64,000 nucleotides of DNA, taken from contig NC_043013.1 of assembly GCF_006345805.1 (NCBI RefSeq), forward strand, positions 40,052,001 to 40,116,000. The letters are read 5' to 3'. Position numbers and translations under genes: made by a program. This DNA comes from Octopus sinensis. Its lineage: Eukaryota. Of the stretch, positions 39,575 through 53,439 are shown piece by piece. Position 1 is the stretch's first letter. Each line of letters starts with the position of its first letter. A model generated the notes under the pieces. The model worked only from the letters and a program-made list of their open reading frames with translations, was not told where the DNA came from and ran no database searches.

Positions 39575-39862
39575 TTGTTCCTTCTCGAGCCATACCTGGC
39601 TCATAAGGGCTGGTTTCCCGGCTTCATTGGCGTATAGGTTCCCCACCTGGACGGGACGCCGGTCTGTTGCAGGTGAGCTGCTTGATGCAGGAGGAAAGAC
39701 TGAGAGAAGGTTGTAGCGAAAGAAGGTTGTGGCGAAAGAAGGTTGTGGCGAAAGCCATTACTTTCTGCTGGCGCCAGGTGGAGCTTAGATGTGGAGCTGA
39801 GATTCGAACCCGCGATCCCTCGACCGCGAGTCCGCTGCTCTAACCACTAGGCCATATGCCTT
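39575..39862 (-). mobile_element. tRNA-derived SINE (family H); related copy at 50350-50653 (-)
   Basis: Head ggc...tggcctagtggttagagcagcggactc...gggttcgaa; shared ctggacggga.gcc.gtc. The 39.7-kb copy has three ~15-bp gaaggttgtggcgaa repeats. Confidence 0.8.
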
Positions 39863-40549
39863 CGCATTTTTTCAAAATGTTGTTGCCGAAATGTAAATGT
39901 ATTTCAGAGATTAGAGTGTTCTCGGCGCCAAGAAAACGATGTCTGTGGTGTGTATGTGTGTGTGTGTATCAAATTTTATAAGGAAAAGGTTGAGAGTGAT
40001 TTCGAAGTTTCGGCCAGCCTGCCATCATCTGACAATTTCATGACAGTAGTCAAGTCGAGACTTTGAATTCACAGCCTACTTTTCCTTTGAAAAAATTAAT
40101 GTAACAGCACTCTACGAATAAGTATTGGGTAATCCCCCATATATGTATATACATGTGTGTGTATGCATGTATGTATGCTTGTATTAATGTGTGTGTGTGT
40201 GTATATCATGTATGTATGTGTGTGTGTGTAGAGGGAGAGAGAGAGAGTGAATGCACATGCTTCAATGATTAGAGCGCTGGGCTTACAATCGTAAGGTTAT
40301 GAGTTCGATTCTCAGACCGGGCTGTGTGGTATTCTTCAGCAGGACACTTTATTTCATGTTGCTCCAGTTTACACGGCTGTAGAAGTGAGTTACGAAGTCA
40401 CTGGTGCTTCTGTAGTTCATACAAGGTAAGCCTATTTCTGTTATATTCGTTGCATTCACTGAGTGTATTTCAATAGAGAGAAATTTGTGTTTTGGAGCGA
40501 TAGCTCTATTTACAGCAAGTGGTATCTTGATACCCTACTAAATTTGTTT

Positions 40550-40574
40550 ATATATATATATGTATGTATGTATG

Positions 40575-40620
<46 letters not shown>

Positions 40621-40829
40621 GTGTGTGTGTGTATGTGTATATATATATATATGTGTATGTGTATATTATATATATATATGTGTATGTGTATATATGTATA
40701 TTTATATGTGTGTATATAATGTATATATATGTGTGTATATATTATGTATATATATATGTATGATAATAGTGTATATATATGTGTGTATATATATATGTAT
40801 ATATATATGTATGTATATATGTGTATATA

Positions 40830-40860
<31 letters not shown>

Positions 40861-40881
40861 GTATGTATATATGTGTATATA

Positions 40882-40912
<31 letters not shown>

Positions 40913-41672
40913 GTATGTATATATGTGTATATAATATGTGTATATATATATATATATATATGTATGTATATATATATATAATATGTATGTATTATATAGT
41001 AATATATATGTATGTATATATATATTATATATATATATATTGTGTGTGTGTGTGTGTATGTGTATATATATATATATGTGTATGTGTATATATATATATA
41101 TATGTGTATGTGTATATATGTATATTTATATGTGTGTATATAAATGTATATATATGTGTGTATATATATATGTATATATATCGATATATGTGTATATATA
41201 TATGTGTGTATATATATATGTATATATATATATATATGTGTATATATATATGTGTGTATATATATATGTATATATATCGATATATGTGTATATATATATG
41301 TGTGTATATATATATGTATATATATGTATGTATATATGTGTATATAATATGTGTATATATATATATATATATATGTATGTATATATATATATAATATGTA
41401 TGTATTATATAGTAATATATATGTATGTATATATATATTATATATATATATATTGTGTGTGTGTGTGTGTATGTGTATATATATATATATGTGTATGTGT
41501 ATATAATAATATATATGTGTATGTGTATATATGTATATTTATATGTGTGTATATAAATGTATATATATGTGTGTATATATAATATGTATATATATATGTA
41601 TGTATATATGTGTATATATATATGTGTGTATATATATATGTATATATATATGTATGTATATATGTGTATATA

Positions 41673-41703
<31 letters not shown>

Positions 41704-41903
41704 GATGTATAATTGTGTATATATATATGTGTGTATATATATATATATAATATGTATGTATATATGTGTATATATATATGTGTGTATATATATAATATAT
41801 ATATATGTATGTATTATATATATATATATATGTGTAGTATATATATCTATATATATGTATGTATATATATTATAATATATATGTATGTGTGTGTGTGTGT
41901 GTG

Positions 41904-41945
<42 letters not shown>
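40550..41945. repeat. 1.4-kb (TA)/(TG) compound microsatellite with an internal ~410-bp block duplication
   Basis: aatatgtatgtattatatagtaatatatatg recurs at about 40980 and 41392. Confidence 0.9.
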
Positions 41946-44492
41946 TTGAAAATCAAGAAGAGATTGGAAATTTATTCTCATCCAAAACTTTTTTATTAAA
42001 ATGTTTTCTACAGCATATATAATAATAAAAACCAACATATATTTCTACTGCCGCAACTGCACATTGTTCCGTATGCAATTATGCATCCTAGTCGCTGCAA
42101 TTTCATCAAGGACCCGTCATTTACGACGTTTTCAAAGTGAACCAATTCAAACAGGTTTCCGGCGTTGGTATTCAGTTGAAGGTTTATAACACTACTTTTT
42201 AAATCGAATTGAATTCTGGTCTTATAGGGAGATAGAGAGAAAAGTTGGGGAAGATCTCACAAAGCGCATAGTCCATGTTAATGAAAACAGTGCTGACTGT
42301 GTTATGTAAATAAATGATGTATTTTATTCATACATTTGGAGAATATTATATAAAATTCATTATCCAAAGAGTGACACAGGCAGAAATTAACAACCGAGGT
42401 ATAAGATGATGAATCACATGTAATTATTTTAATACGTGTCTCAGTTGTTGATTTATGTTTAACCACATATACTTAAATATGTATGTATGGTGGAGGGTGT
42501 CAGGAACAGGCTGTCTGTGTAGGTAAGATATGCAATGTCTAACCAGAATGAAATCATGGATATTAATTATTAAATATACAAATATTAAGTGATTTTGAAC
42601 CCAAAATAAAACTAATTTAATGCATAGAATTTAGTGTCTAATTCAGTAAATGGTTAACATTTTGGTGTTAGACACGCACAGTTTCAACTGCTTTTTAAAT
42701 TTTAATGTAAATACACCTAATTTTATTATAAATACACGTAATGCGAAAATCTATTAATCCCATTGCTTGTGATTCCATCTAGAGAAGACATAAAATGCTG
42801 TCTGATGGAAGCAGAATGAAAACTACTTACGTTCAGTAACAGCGTGAGGATTGTTATATTGCGTTCATGTGTTACAGTATGTGTGTGTATGTGTGTGTTG
42901 GTTTTTAATGAATACTGAGTTAATTTTAAAAGACACGTTATTCTCCGAAAGTAAAGCGGCGAGCTGATAGAATCGTTAGCACGCTGGGTAAAATGCTTAA
43001 CGGCATTTCGGCCTTCTTTACGTTCCAAGTTCAAATTCTGCCTGGGTCGACTTTGCTTTTCATTCCCTTCCGGATCAATAAAATATGTACCACTTGAACC
43101 CTGGGGTCAATGTAAACTACTTAGCCCCTCCCCCCCAATAAAAATGCTGTCCTTGAGCCAAAATTTGAAACCAATTTTTAGGAGACATGTAAATAAATGG
43201 TAAGCAAAGCAGCGAGCTGGCTTAAGCGCTAGGGCACGGGTTTTTTTTCGTTCTGAGTTCAAATTCCACGGAGTCCACCCTTGCTTTTATCCTTTCGAAT
43301 AGTTGAGTCGATGGCATTGAACAACATTTTCATCTTAAAATCTGCTGGCCTTGTGCCTAAATTTGAAATCATTATTCTGTGCATAAAATAATAATAATCA
43401 AATAAATATATGTGCATGTAAATACACGTGTATGAAAAATATAAATATATGTGAAATAAATCGTTTTTAAATATACGTATACACAATGTTGTATGTGTGT
43501 GTGTGTGTGAAGATTGTATTTTTTATTTATATGTATATTGTCTCTACGTGTGTGCTATGAAGGCACATGTCTCAGTGGTTAGAGCGTAGAGTTTACGATC
43601 GTGAGGTTGTGAGTTCGATTCCCGGACCGGGCTGTGTATTTTGTTCTTGGGCAAGACACTTTATTTCTCGTTGCTCCAGTTCACTCAGCTGTAGAATTGA
43701 GTTGCGATATCACCGGTGCCAAGCTGTATTGGCCTTTGCCTTTCCCTTGGTGTGGAGAGGGGTTAGGCTGGTATGCATGGGCGACTGCTAGCCTTCCACA
43801 AACAATCATGCCCTGACTTGTGCCTCGGAGGGTAACTTTCTTGCTGCAGTCACATGGTCATTCATGACCGAAGGGGGTCTCCTCTTGTATGTGTGTGTAA
43901 GTAGTGTTTACGTTTGTTTACATACGTATGTAGATACAACCTGACTTTGCTTTAATTCCTCCGCTTCAAATACGTTCTATAACTAAGTGAATCAAGCAAC
44001 AAAAAATTCGACTAGTTATAATATCTCCGAAATTAGGGGAAAGAGGGCTAGTCAATTTCATCGGCCCCAGTGTTCAACTGATATATATTTCATCGATCCC
44101 AAAAGGATGATAGCTAAGGTCGACCTCGCCTTAATCTGAAATCAGAACGTAAAGGCGAACGAAATCTGCAAAACATTTTGACTGGCGTGCTAACGATTCT
44201 TCCCAGTTCGTCGCTTTATCGATTAGTAATCAAGAAAGCAACAGTACATCGTCATGGAACTGAACTGGGAGCTATTAGATTGTAGTCAAACAATGTTTAT
44301 CTCTCTTAAAAGTCAAATTACCCATCTCACCTTTAGTAAGGTTATTTATCCTTTCACAATGAGGGTCACGGAAAAAATTTCTGTCTGACGTTAGATAACA
44401 AACAGTCACATGTAATCAGTTTTTCTTTGCCTACCAAAATTTGTGTCTTTGCTCATCTGAACCTGCCGTCAACTATAAAATAGCTCTTTCTC

Positions 44493-44889
44493 AAGGCGGC
44501 GAGCTGGCAGAACCTTTAGCACGCTGGGCGAAATGCTTATAGGTATTTCGTCTGCCGCTACGTTCTGAGTTCAAATTCCGCCGAGGTCGACTTTGCCTTT
44601 CATCCTTTTGGAGTCGATTAAATAAGTACCAGTTACGCACTGGGGTCGATATAATCGACTTAATCCGTTTGTCTGTCCTTGTTTGTCCCTTCTGTGTTTA
44701 GCCCTTTGTGGGTAGTAAAGAAATAGGTATTTCGCGTGTCACTACGTTCTGAGTTCAAATTCCGCCGAGGTCGACTTTACCTTTCATCCTTTCGGGGTCG
44801 ATGAAATAAGTACCAGTTATGCACTGGGGTCGATGACATTGACTATCTTCCTTCCCCAAATTTCGGGCCTTGTGCCCATAGTAGAAAAG
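44493..44889 (+). mobile_element. Composite family A SINE (tail-1 plus tail-2)
   Basis: AAGAAATA|GGTAT junction at 44725/44726; 16-bp TSD aaaatagct(c/t)tttctc at 44477-44492 and 44890-44905. Confidence 0.9.
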
Positions 44890-46345
44890 AAAATAGCTTT
44901 TTCTCCGCCCTGAATTCAACTCAGGAAGGCAAAATTTTAGAGAGAGATACTGACTAGTACTCAACGAAAACAAATAAAGTTGTCTTGCCTTTGCTATCGT
45001 AAGATGAATTTTCACACATATAACCTTCTTGCCTACACACAAAAACAGAAAGATAAATTTCGCAACTCACATTTTCTCCTTTCTCTTTTCGTCTTTTTCT
45101 TTCATCTTTCCATACAATAAAGTTTTCTCTGATAGCAAAAATGAAAATACACACGGTGCTGTTAAATCTAATAGGAAATTTCTCGCCATCTCATTTACCA
45201 ACACCAAACTTTTCTTCAGAAGCAGAAAAGACAATGAACGTTACATTCTTATTAAAGTAATTTTTTTTTTTTTTTTTTGCTTTTTATTCATTCACGTAAA
45301 CTTAGTTGTTCTTACAAAAGTTAGCTTTTGACTTATTTCTACCATTAATTCATCTTTATCTCATTTGCCAAAATTTGAATTTTTTTAACGAAGATTATGT
45401 TTCCTATTTGTTAACTGACTGTTCTCTTACTGAACTATGCAGGTATACCCATCTTGCTCTCTTATACAATATTTTAAAGCAATTTCTTTTCCATTGTTTT
45501 TGCGTGCTAAATTTTTAACAACCATTACACGTATGTAGAAAATTTTACAATGCGGCGAGCTGGCAGAACCGTTAGCGCGTCCGACAAAAATGCATAGCGG
45601 CATTTTTTCTTGATCTATACGTTTTCAGTTCAAATCCTAATGAAGTCGACTTTGCCTTTTATCCTTTCGGACTTAACAAAATAAAGGACCAGTCAAGTAC
45701 TAGAGTTCATATAATCAACATGCTTGTCCCATCCCCTCAACATTGCTGGCCTTGAACTCTACAGCAGACTGACGTCTCGTTCACGGGGTGAACGCCATCG
45801 AAACCAAAGTAACCGGCCTTATGAGTTCTAGGACTCAAGAAAAATCATTATCATAATGTACAGGTAACATAAAACTCGAATGAATTTCGTTCGAGAAAAC
45901 TCACTTCATTTTATGTTGTTCCAATCCATTCACCTGGGGAAAATGAGTAATTCGGCGACGCCAGAGAAACCGGGAAAACGTCCTCATGTTCCTTACAGAA
46001 TAATATGGACTGATCTCCGACATTTGATGTAGAGATTGAGAAAATTTATAAAATTGTTGAAATATTCATATTCAGCTTTTATCCTCGTTCTTGTTTAACA
46101 TTCATTGCCTGATTTAGTTTGAGCAAGTCCGCGGTCTTTAAAGATATTTTCCCGCTTGTATAGATCAGTTGTTATTTCCTTTCTTCTTCACCACCATACT
46201 TCTCAGATGTGGTAAAAAGCTTGCTTCCCAATCACGTGGTTCTGGAATCAGTCCAACTGTATGACACCTCGGATTAATGTTTTCTACTATTGCCTCGGGC
46301 AGTAGTGAGTGGATTTGATAGTTGGAAACTGAGTGAAGTCCGTCA

Positions 46346-46377
<32 letters not shown>

Positions 46378-46381
46378 CAAT

Positions 46382-46429
<48 letters not shown>

Positions 46430-46430
46430 T

Positions 46431-46690
46431 AATATGTGACAATTATTCGGTAGCCATGAAAAAACTCGGAGTTTTGGAGATTGGGGCGGAAACCAACGAC
46501 GCTATCTCTTCAGTTATCTGGCCATCGAAAAAATGCTATGAAAATTCCCGGCGTGGATTTCCGCCCGACATCCGAAACTCCGAGTTTTATCATGCCTACC
46601 GAATAATTGTCACATATTATATTTACAGATAAATTCCTCTATTTACATAATATCGAGGTCTCTTTCATTCGTTTGTTGTCTTACCATTTC
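46431..46690. mobile_element. Penelope-like inverted terminal repeat with degenerate hammerheads
   Basis: Arms 46431-46500 and 46550-46618; minus-strand CTGAAGA...AAAA-ctccgag-TT; same downstream extension as 58620-58885. Confidence 0.7.
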
Positions 46691-47262
46691 TATCAATATA
46701 TATATATACACATGTATATGTGGGTGGGTGCGGGTGTTTGTCCTTCACCACCGCTTCACAACTAGTGTTGGTGTATTTACGTCCCCGTAATCTACAAATA
46801 TCATTGAAGCTAAACAACACAGTACCATTCGCCCTAAACGGGACTGCCACATTAGGTTGGCAAATAATCGGTATGCGGTGAAGCAACTTGTTGCTAAACC
46901 CTTAATTAATATATATATATAATATATATATATATATTATATATATATATATTATATATATATATATATATATATCAATAATAACAAAGGGTAAAATTAA
47001 TTAATTAACCAGTAATCAATAATTTCACCAAGTAGAATTCGGCATGAAAAAGGACCATTTCACCGTAAACTAAAGTAATACTTTATAATAGGGTTCAGCA
47101 AAGATTTGCCTTACCACATACCGAAGTTTAGAAATAGCAGCCAAAGAACCTTAGCTATTTCTTCTACTTTAAAGAGAGACTCCTGGAAAAAAAACAAATT
47201 AATCGTAAACAATCCACGAAGGCAGAGAGGAAAAATAACGAAAATCAATCGATATTAGATTA

Positions 47263-47345
47263 CCCATGTACGCGTTTCAGAATTAGATCGGTATAAAGAA
47301 TATGAAATTTATACTTTACCCGAACATTTACTTCATCAGCCTGGG
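47263..47345 (-). ncRNA. Type I hammerhead ribozyme in a Penelope-like repeat (element about 47085-47360)
   Basis: cccagg-CTGATGA-long stem II-GAAA-cgcg-TA-catggg; palindromic stem III, GUA triplet, stem I 5/6 paired. Confidence 0.75.
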
Positions 47346-47583
47346 ACTTCACAATATTAAATATTAAAAATATTATATTGTTGCTAAACCCTTATTTATA
47401 TATACATATATACATACAAGGGTTTAACAACAAGTTGCTTCACCGCATACCGAAAATTTAGAAATAGCAGCCAAAAGACAGCTAATTCCTTTTTACTACA
47501 AATATGACTCCGCAGACAACAATATTTGTAACTCACATAGGCAAAAAGAAGAAAAAATAACGAAATCAAACAGTCTACGATTA

Positions 47584-47641
47584 ATAATGGACACGTTTCT
47601 GGATTAGAATTATACAAATTCATTTCCTTCATCGGCATAAT
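47584..47641 (-). ncRNA. Degenerate hammerhead in a sister repeat (element about 47420-47660)
   Basis: attatg-CCGATGA-a-gga..gaatt/aattc..tcc-a-GAAA-cgtg-TC-cattat. Confidence 0.6.
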
Positions 47642-47812
47642 ACTTCGAGAATTATAAATTTTAAAATGCTAAAAAACTTACCCTTTGCATCTTCGATCAA
47701 GCGCCATCGAAACATAACACAAAGTAGTCAGCACTTCCAAATTTATATAGACGAATGATTTCATATTTCCCTCCAAGATTACCATGTGCGTCACAAGATA
47801 GTACCGCAGAAA

Positions 47813-48041
47813 AAACTGCAGTTTGCTATCAGGGAGTGAAATAATCATTACAGATATAGGGTAAAGAATTATTAACTTAATAATTAATAAATTTTACCAT
47901 GTAGCTTTTTGTACAAGTTTTTACCGATAATGTTTTTTCCATACCGAAACTACTTGGTAAAATGTATTAATTATTAAATTAATAATTCTTTACCCTATAT
48001 CTGTAATGATTATTTCACTCCCTGAGGGCAAACTGCAGTTT
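47813..48041. repeat. Foldback element with ~75-bp inverted arms
   Basis: cagggagtgaaataatcattacagatatagggtaaagaattatt and its reverse complement; both ends carry the palindrome aaactgcagttt. Confidence 0.85.
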
Positions 48042-48336
48042 GCCAAGGTGTCACGTAGCGGGACTGAACCCAGAACCATGTGGTTGGTAAGTAAGCTACT
48101 TACCACGCAGCCACTCCTACGCCTATGCTAGATGATACTGCTAGATTATATTGCTCCGTTAGAGAATTTGAGTAAAATTATATTAATGTGTCCAACTAAT
48201 TAAAATATTCTATTTATTTATGCAGCTGAGGATAGCCCTGCATTTAAATTGATGTAATGATCGCATTGTTCAATTAAAAAGATCCGCTTGAAACGGTCGT
48301 ACTGCATCACCTCTTCATATCCTGTTGCTTATTTTG

Positions 48337-48377
<41 letters not shown>

Positions 48378-48520
48378 TATATAAATACGTATAACTCTAT
48401 GTAGAGATATACATATATATACATGTATAGATAAATGTTTGAATATATGTATACATATATGCATATATATGTATGTATGTATGCATATATGTATACATAT
48501 GTACATATATATGTATGTAT

Positions 48521-48568
<48 letters not shown>

Positions 48569-49194
48569 GTACATGTATATATGTATATATATATACATAG
48601 ACACACACACATGCACGCACGCGAACACTCACAAACACACACGCGCGCATGCACACACACACATACACACACACACACACACACACATAAGTAAATATTT
48701 GGTTTTGTTATGAAAATATTTCTGCGCGTTGTCTCTTAGTAAAAGGCATTTGTTGTTGATAATTTGCTTTATTAATGCTTCCCGCTTATTCTTCATTACT
48801 TATTCATGCCATGTTCCCGGTATAGATGTGATGCGAATGTATTACTGCAGTCGTATCTATTTTTTCTGAATATTCTGATAATTGCATCGCCATTTAACAT
48901 TCCGATAAGACTGAGCATAAAGAATTTAAGCGAAGTTCTAAATAGACGCGAAGAGTAAGTTTCTTCAGTAGATTAATACGTAATAATGATTTCAAATTTT
49001 GGCACAAGGCCAGGAATTTCGCGGGTGGGGACGGAAGTCGATTACATTGACTCCCGTGCTCGACTGGTATTTATTTTATCGACCCCGAAAAGATGAACGG
49101 TAAAATCGACCTCACAGCCACTGACTGTACAATTCACAGCTTCTAATTCAAGCACAAGATCAACAATTTTCGTGAGATGGGATTAGTTGATACC

Positions 49195-49426
49195 TATTTC
49201 TTTACTACCCACAGGGGGCTAAACACAGAGGAGACAAACAAGGACAGACAAACGGATTAAGTCGATTATATCGACCCCAGTGCGTAACTGGTACTTAATT
49301 TATCGACCCCGAAAGGATGAAAGGCAAAGTCGACCTTGGCGGAATTTGAACTCAGAACGTAACGGCAGACGAAATACGGCTACGCATTTCGCCCGGGGTG
49401 CTAACGGTTCTACCAGCTCGCCGCCT
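49195..49426 (-). mobile_element. Full-length family A tail-1 SINE with 13-bp TSD
   Basis: attagttgatacc at 49182-49194 and 49429-49441; on the sense strand the 3' end reads AAGAAATA|GGTATC. Confidence 0.92.
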
Positions 49427-51038
49427 AAATTAGTTGATACCGTCAACGCTAATCCTTCACTGGTATTCCATTTTATCAACCCTGGAGGGATGAAAGGCCA
49501 AGTTGAACTCGGTGGGATTTGAATTCATAATGTAAAGAGAACAAATGTCGCAAGGCATTTTTTTTCTTTCAACGATCGATTCTACCAGTTTGCTGCTACG
49601 TACAATTAATGTTTACAGTTTTAGGTTATTTAAATTTGTTTTCCAGTGAAAAGAGCCATATTGATCAAATGTCAGCCTCATTGACTGGGTTATCAGCAAA
49701 TGTTATATGTATGAACTGTTTCTTTGATGTTTGTAAGGTTCTGCAGCGATTCTCTATCAATTATGGAAATCTCATTCCACAGAGGTATATAGTTTCCTTT
49801 CTAGCATCATATATGTCCAACCATTCCTTCACTTACACGCTTTTTCCTCTCATTAAAACTTTTTCCTGTTATTTTATTCAGGCCATTAAGCCTTCGCTTC
49901 CGTTTCTGAAACTAAAGTGGCCAAACCAATTTGCTATCGTATCTGAAGTAATAATCAACCAACAAATCACCTCATGAAGGAAGGAATTTTTCAGCCAGAG
50001 TGAATACAACTGCTCTTGGAGTGATGGTCTCTACGAACATTTAACGGGCTTCATAAAATAAATGGCATTTTGAGTCCTGTAAGACAGCATATCTAATACT
50101 TGTAAGATGAAACACGACAGCTCTGATTTTTGCTGTGAGATGCAAAAAGCATCTTCTAGACTATAGGCGCTTTTAGCTGAGTAAACTCGGTTGTAAATAC
50201 CGGAATAGGTTTCTAACAGGACGATACCCACGTCTCTTGACGCACAAACTCTCACAGCCCCAGCAACGTCAATAACAGCCAGCGAGAAAACTTCGATGTG
50301 ACTAGAAATATCAACCACCTCGTAACGTATCCTAATATATTTCTTTTTATTTATGCGCCCTTTTCAAGCCTATCCAGGCTCATGGGCCCGGTTTCCCGGT
50401 TTCTATGGCGTATGTGTTCCTCCCAGCTGGACGGGATGCCAGTCCATCGCAGCGTTACTCAAGAAACAGGAAGGAAGAATGAGAGAAAGTTGGGGCGAAA
50501 GAGTACAACAGGGGTCGCCACCGCCTCCTTCCGGAGCCTCGTGGAGCTTTAGGTGTTTTCGCTCAATAAACACACACAACGCCCGGTCTGGGAATCGAAA
50601 CCGCGATACTCCGACCGAGAGTCGGCTGCCCTAACCACTGGGCCATTGTGCCTCCCCCCTAGTATATTAGGTAATGTTAAAATCCAAGCTGTGTCCCTGA
50701 AGCACATCTGCTTCTGTATGTAGTTGTTATATTTATGTGAGGTACGCATTAGAGTTGAAAGTTCTGGAAATATTGCTTGCAGAGTAATTTATTATCAAAA
50801 CAGAGGAATTGGGAAATTTTTGTAGGTGTTATTCATTCTCCATTAAACATGTTTCATTTGCTAATAGGAATTATATAATCATAAATGATTATATATTGAA
50901 TTTTGAGATACTAGAAGGCACCAACTCAACTCAGTATCAGAGCGAGCTAGAATCCGCAACTAGTATCACCGAATTCAATGTGTGAATGAAACGATTGTGT
51001 CACACAATTCAATATATAATCATTTATGATTATAGTAT

Positions 51039-51145
51039 TCTACGCTGAAGAGAAAAGAAGTTTCGGTAAGATAGAATTATTTAATATTTAATATTTAATT
51101 CTTATGCTTTCCTAAAAACTTGATTTCGAAACGTACGTCCGTAGA
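51039..51145 (+). ncRNA. Type I hammerhead ribozyme with extended stem II (element about 50990-51315)
   Basis: ctacg-CTGAAGA-gaaa...tttc-GAAA-cgtacg-TC-cgtag; perfect stem I, palindromic stem III, GUC triplet, predicted cut after 51139. Confidence 0.85.
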
Positions 51146-51328
51146 TAACTTTAAAATGTATGATAGATTGCCGTCAATTCATTCTCTCTTACCTGTTTGG
51201 TGCCTTCCAATTGCTGTTTTTACTGAGATCTCCCTTTTTAGTAGAAGAAATAGCTATAACTCTTTGACTGCTTTCTAAATTCGGTATGTGGTAAGGCAAT
51301 TCGTTGCTAACCCTTTATTGCTTAGTAT

Positions 51329-51373
<45 letters not shown>

Positions 51374-52189
51374 TATATATATACATATATTGTGAAGACT
51401 TATTGGTAAAGTTGTTGCACTCACGATTGCGAGATCGTGAGATCGATTCCCAGACCGGGCATCGTGTTCTTCAGCAAAGCACTTCATTTCACGTTGCTCT
51501 GCGATCATTTCAACATCTGATATGTGGCACCCAGTTGCACCTGTACAGGTAATGTCGATTTGATGGAGGGAGTGAGCTTATGTCTACACAAACATTTGGT
51601 CACTATAGACAAATAATTGTGTGGTTGTCGAACCTTCATACCGGAGAGTCCATTACATATATGTATGTGTGAGTGTGTGTATGCATGTGTGTATGTATGT
51701 ATATCTATCTGTATGTATGTTTATGTGTGCGTGTGTATATGCATGTAGATATATATATGCATGTATATACATATATATATTCACATATATAATCTCATAT
51801 CCATCCATATATTGTGGAGGGGAGGTCATCACCTGTAACACAACAAATACAACGATACAGAAAGTATCCTACTCCCCCGTGTCTACCTCACCCGCCTCCA
51901 CCAAGGTTACCTCGGCAAAAATTTCCCAGAAATAGTAGCCAAATTTCCCTCTAATCATACTCCAGCGTCTTAACGAAAAGTAAAGAGTAAAGTCATATTA
52001 GACAAAGAAATCCGAGATAAACTTATGATATGCAAAATAGAAAAGACGGGATGGTCACATCTGGAAAAGTTTTAGTTATAGACTACTCTCGAATTTACGA
52101 ATAAGTTAGACCTAATCAACAAGTATTATGCAAAACAAACAGGCACAGCTTTTGATAGAGGCGGGCGAAAGCTCTACTGTTATCTACGC

Positions 52190-52440
52190 CAGTGGTTCCC
52201 AAAATGGGCGATACTGCTTCCCTGGGGGCGATAGAAAGTTCCATGAGGTGTTGAAGAAAAGTGGGACGATAATGGTGTAGCGATCCATATCAAAACAACG
52301 AAAAATGGGTTCATTCGGTTAAGTTTTATTTGTGAAATACAGTTTCTTTGAATTAGGCTTCAGAAAGGGGTCTATGCTTGTGATTTTTAATTGGGGTGGG
52401 GGTGCTAGGAATGTGACCTGAAAATGTTTGGAAACCACTG
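52190..52440. mobile_element. hAT-type MITE
   Basis: TIRs cagtggttcccaaa / tttggaaaccactg; perfect 8-bp TSD atctacgc. Confidence 0.92.
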
Positions 52441-53439
52441 ATCTACGCGATAAACTCCTATTCGCCACCAGGTGGAATTTATGTGAGACAATGGCTTCTT
52501 CAATCGTACGCAGTTGTTTGATGTGAGTACCTCTGTGGCAGAGGAGCTTGATCAGTTCCTAATCAAAGGTTAAGCAATAACAGCAACAGCGGCAACACAA
52601 CAACAACAACAACATTAAGGAAAGCAATAAACAGTTGTTATTATGGCTGTCCGTCGATTCTACAATAACATTTTTTCTTTTCCATCTTCAGTTTCACCGC
52701 TTACTTAATGAGTACGCAGGTACGATGCAAGACCTGGCCCTCCGTCGGATACGACGACGAGTGTTCCAGTTGTTCCAATCACTGGAACAGCTTGCACGTG
52801 AAATTAGCGTGCAAGTAGCTGGGTACTCCACAGACACGCGTATCCTCAACATGGTCTTGGAGATATTCAGCGTGACTCACAGAATGTAACAAGGCTGGCT
52901 CTTGGAATTACAGGTACAACTCATATTTGCCAGCTGAGTAGACTGAAGTAACGAAAAATAATGTGTCTTGACCAAGGACACAGCACGCCGCCGGGAATCG
53001 AACTCACGGTCTTTCGATCATGAGTCGAATACTCATGATGCGGATAAAGGACTGTATCGTTGCGGCTTGATGATTTTAATTTGGCAGTGGTCATTGTTGG
53101 CCCTTCGTTCGTCCTTTCGCCTGATGTCTTTAAACCGAACCTTTTGGTTCCGTTTAAAACTGTTGCGTACAATCGTAGTAAGCTTTTCATCAAACCTTCG
53201 ACAGCAGCAAAAGCAACAACAGTCAGATGACCCAACGAGAAGGTCTGTCGATCTACTAGAAAGAGCAACTGTATTTCCCTCGAAATAGACCTCCTCCTAG
53301 TGTCTGATGAAGGGAAAGAAGCATTGAAAAACTACACCTTCAATGCCCGCAAAAGCATCGGAAAGCCATGGGTGGAACGCTTTTGACTATAGGCCTGCTC
53401 AGCCAGGGTTAACCTGGGACTAAATAACAACAGTGATAA

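Noticed and set aside
39790-39862. tRNA gene
   Set aside because: The cloverleaf is incomplete and continuous with a SINE body; it is a SINE head.
47085-47394. Kolobok-like or other TIR DNA transposon with AAGGGTTTAGCAAC ends
   Set aside because: Only one end in the cluster has TTAA, and the HHR with a polarised 3' end fits PLE terminal repeats better.
47680-47815. Possible minus-strand exon ending at a gtaagt donor
   Set aside because: Its acceptor comes from the foldback element end, and the peptide is unrecognisable.
48226-48257. Possible terminal exon (acceptor tttatgcag, EDSPAFKLM*)
   Set aside because: Too short, with no partner exons or recognisable protein.
49600-50340. Decayed LINE coding fragment (WFGH-like motif)
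   Set aside because: A single weak motif with many stops; cannot be supported without a search.
53304-53335. CTGATGA...GAAA as a hammerhead
   Set aside because: No stem II or stem III pairing.
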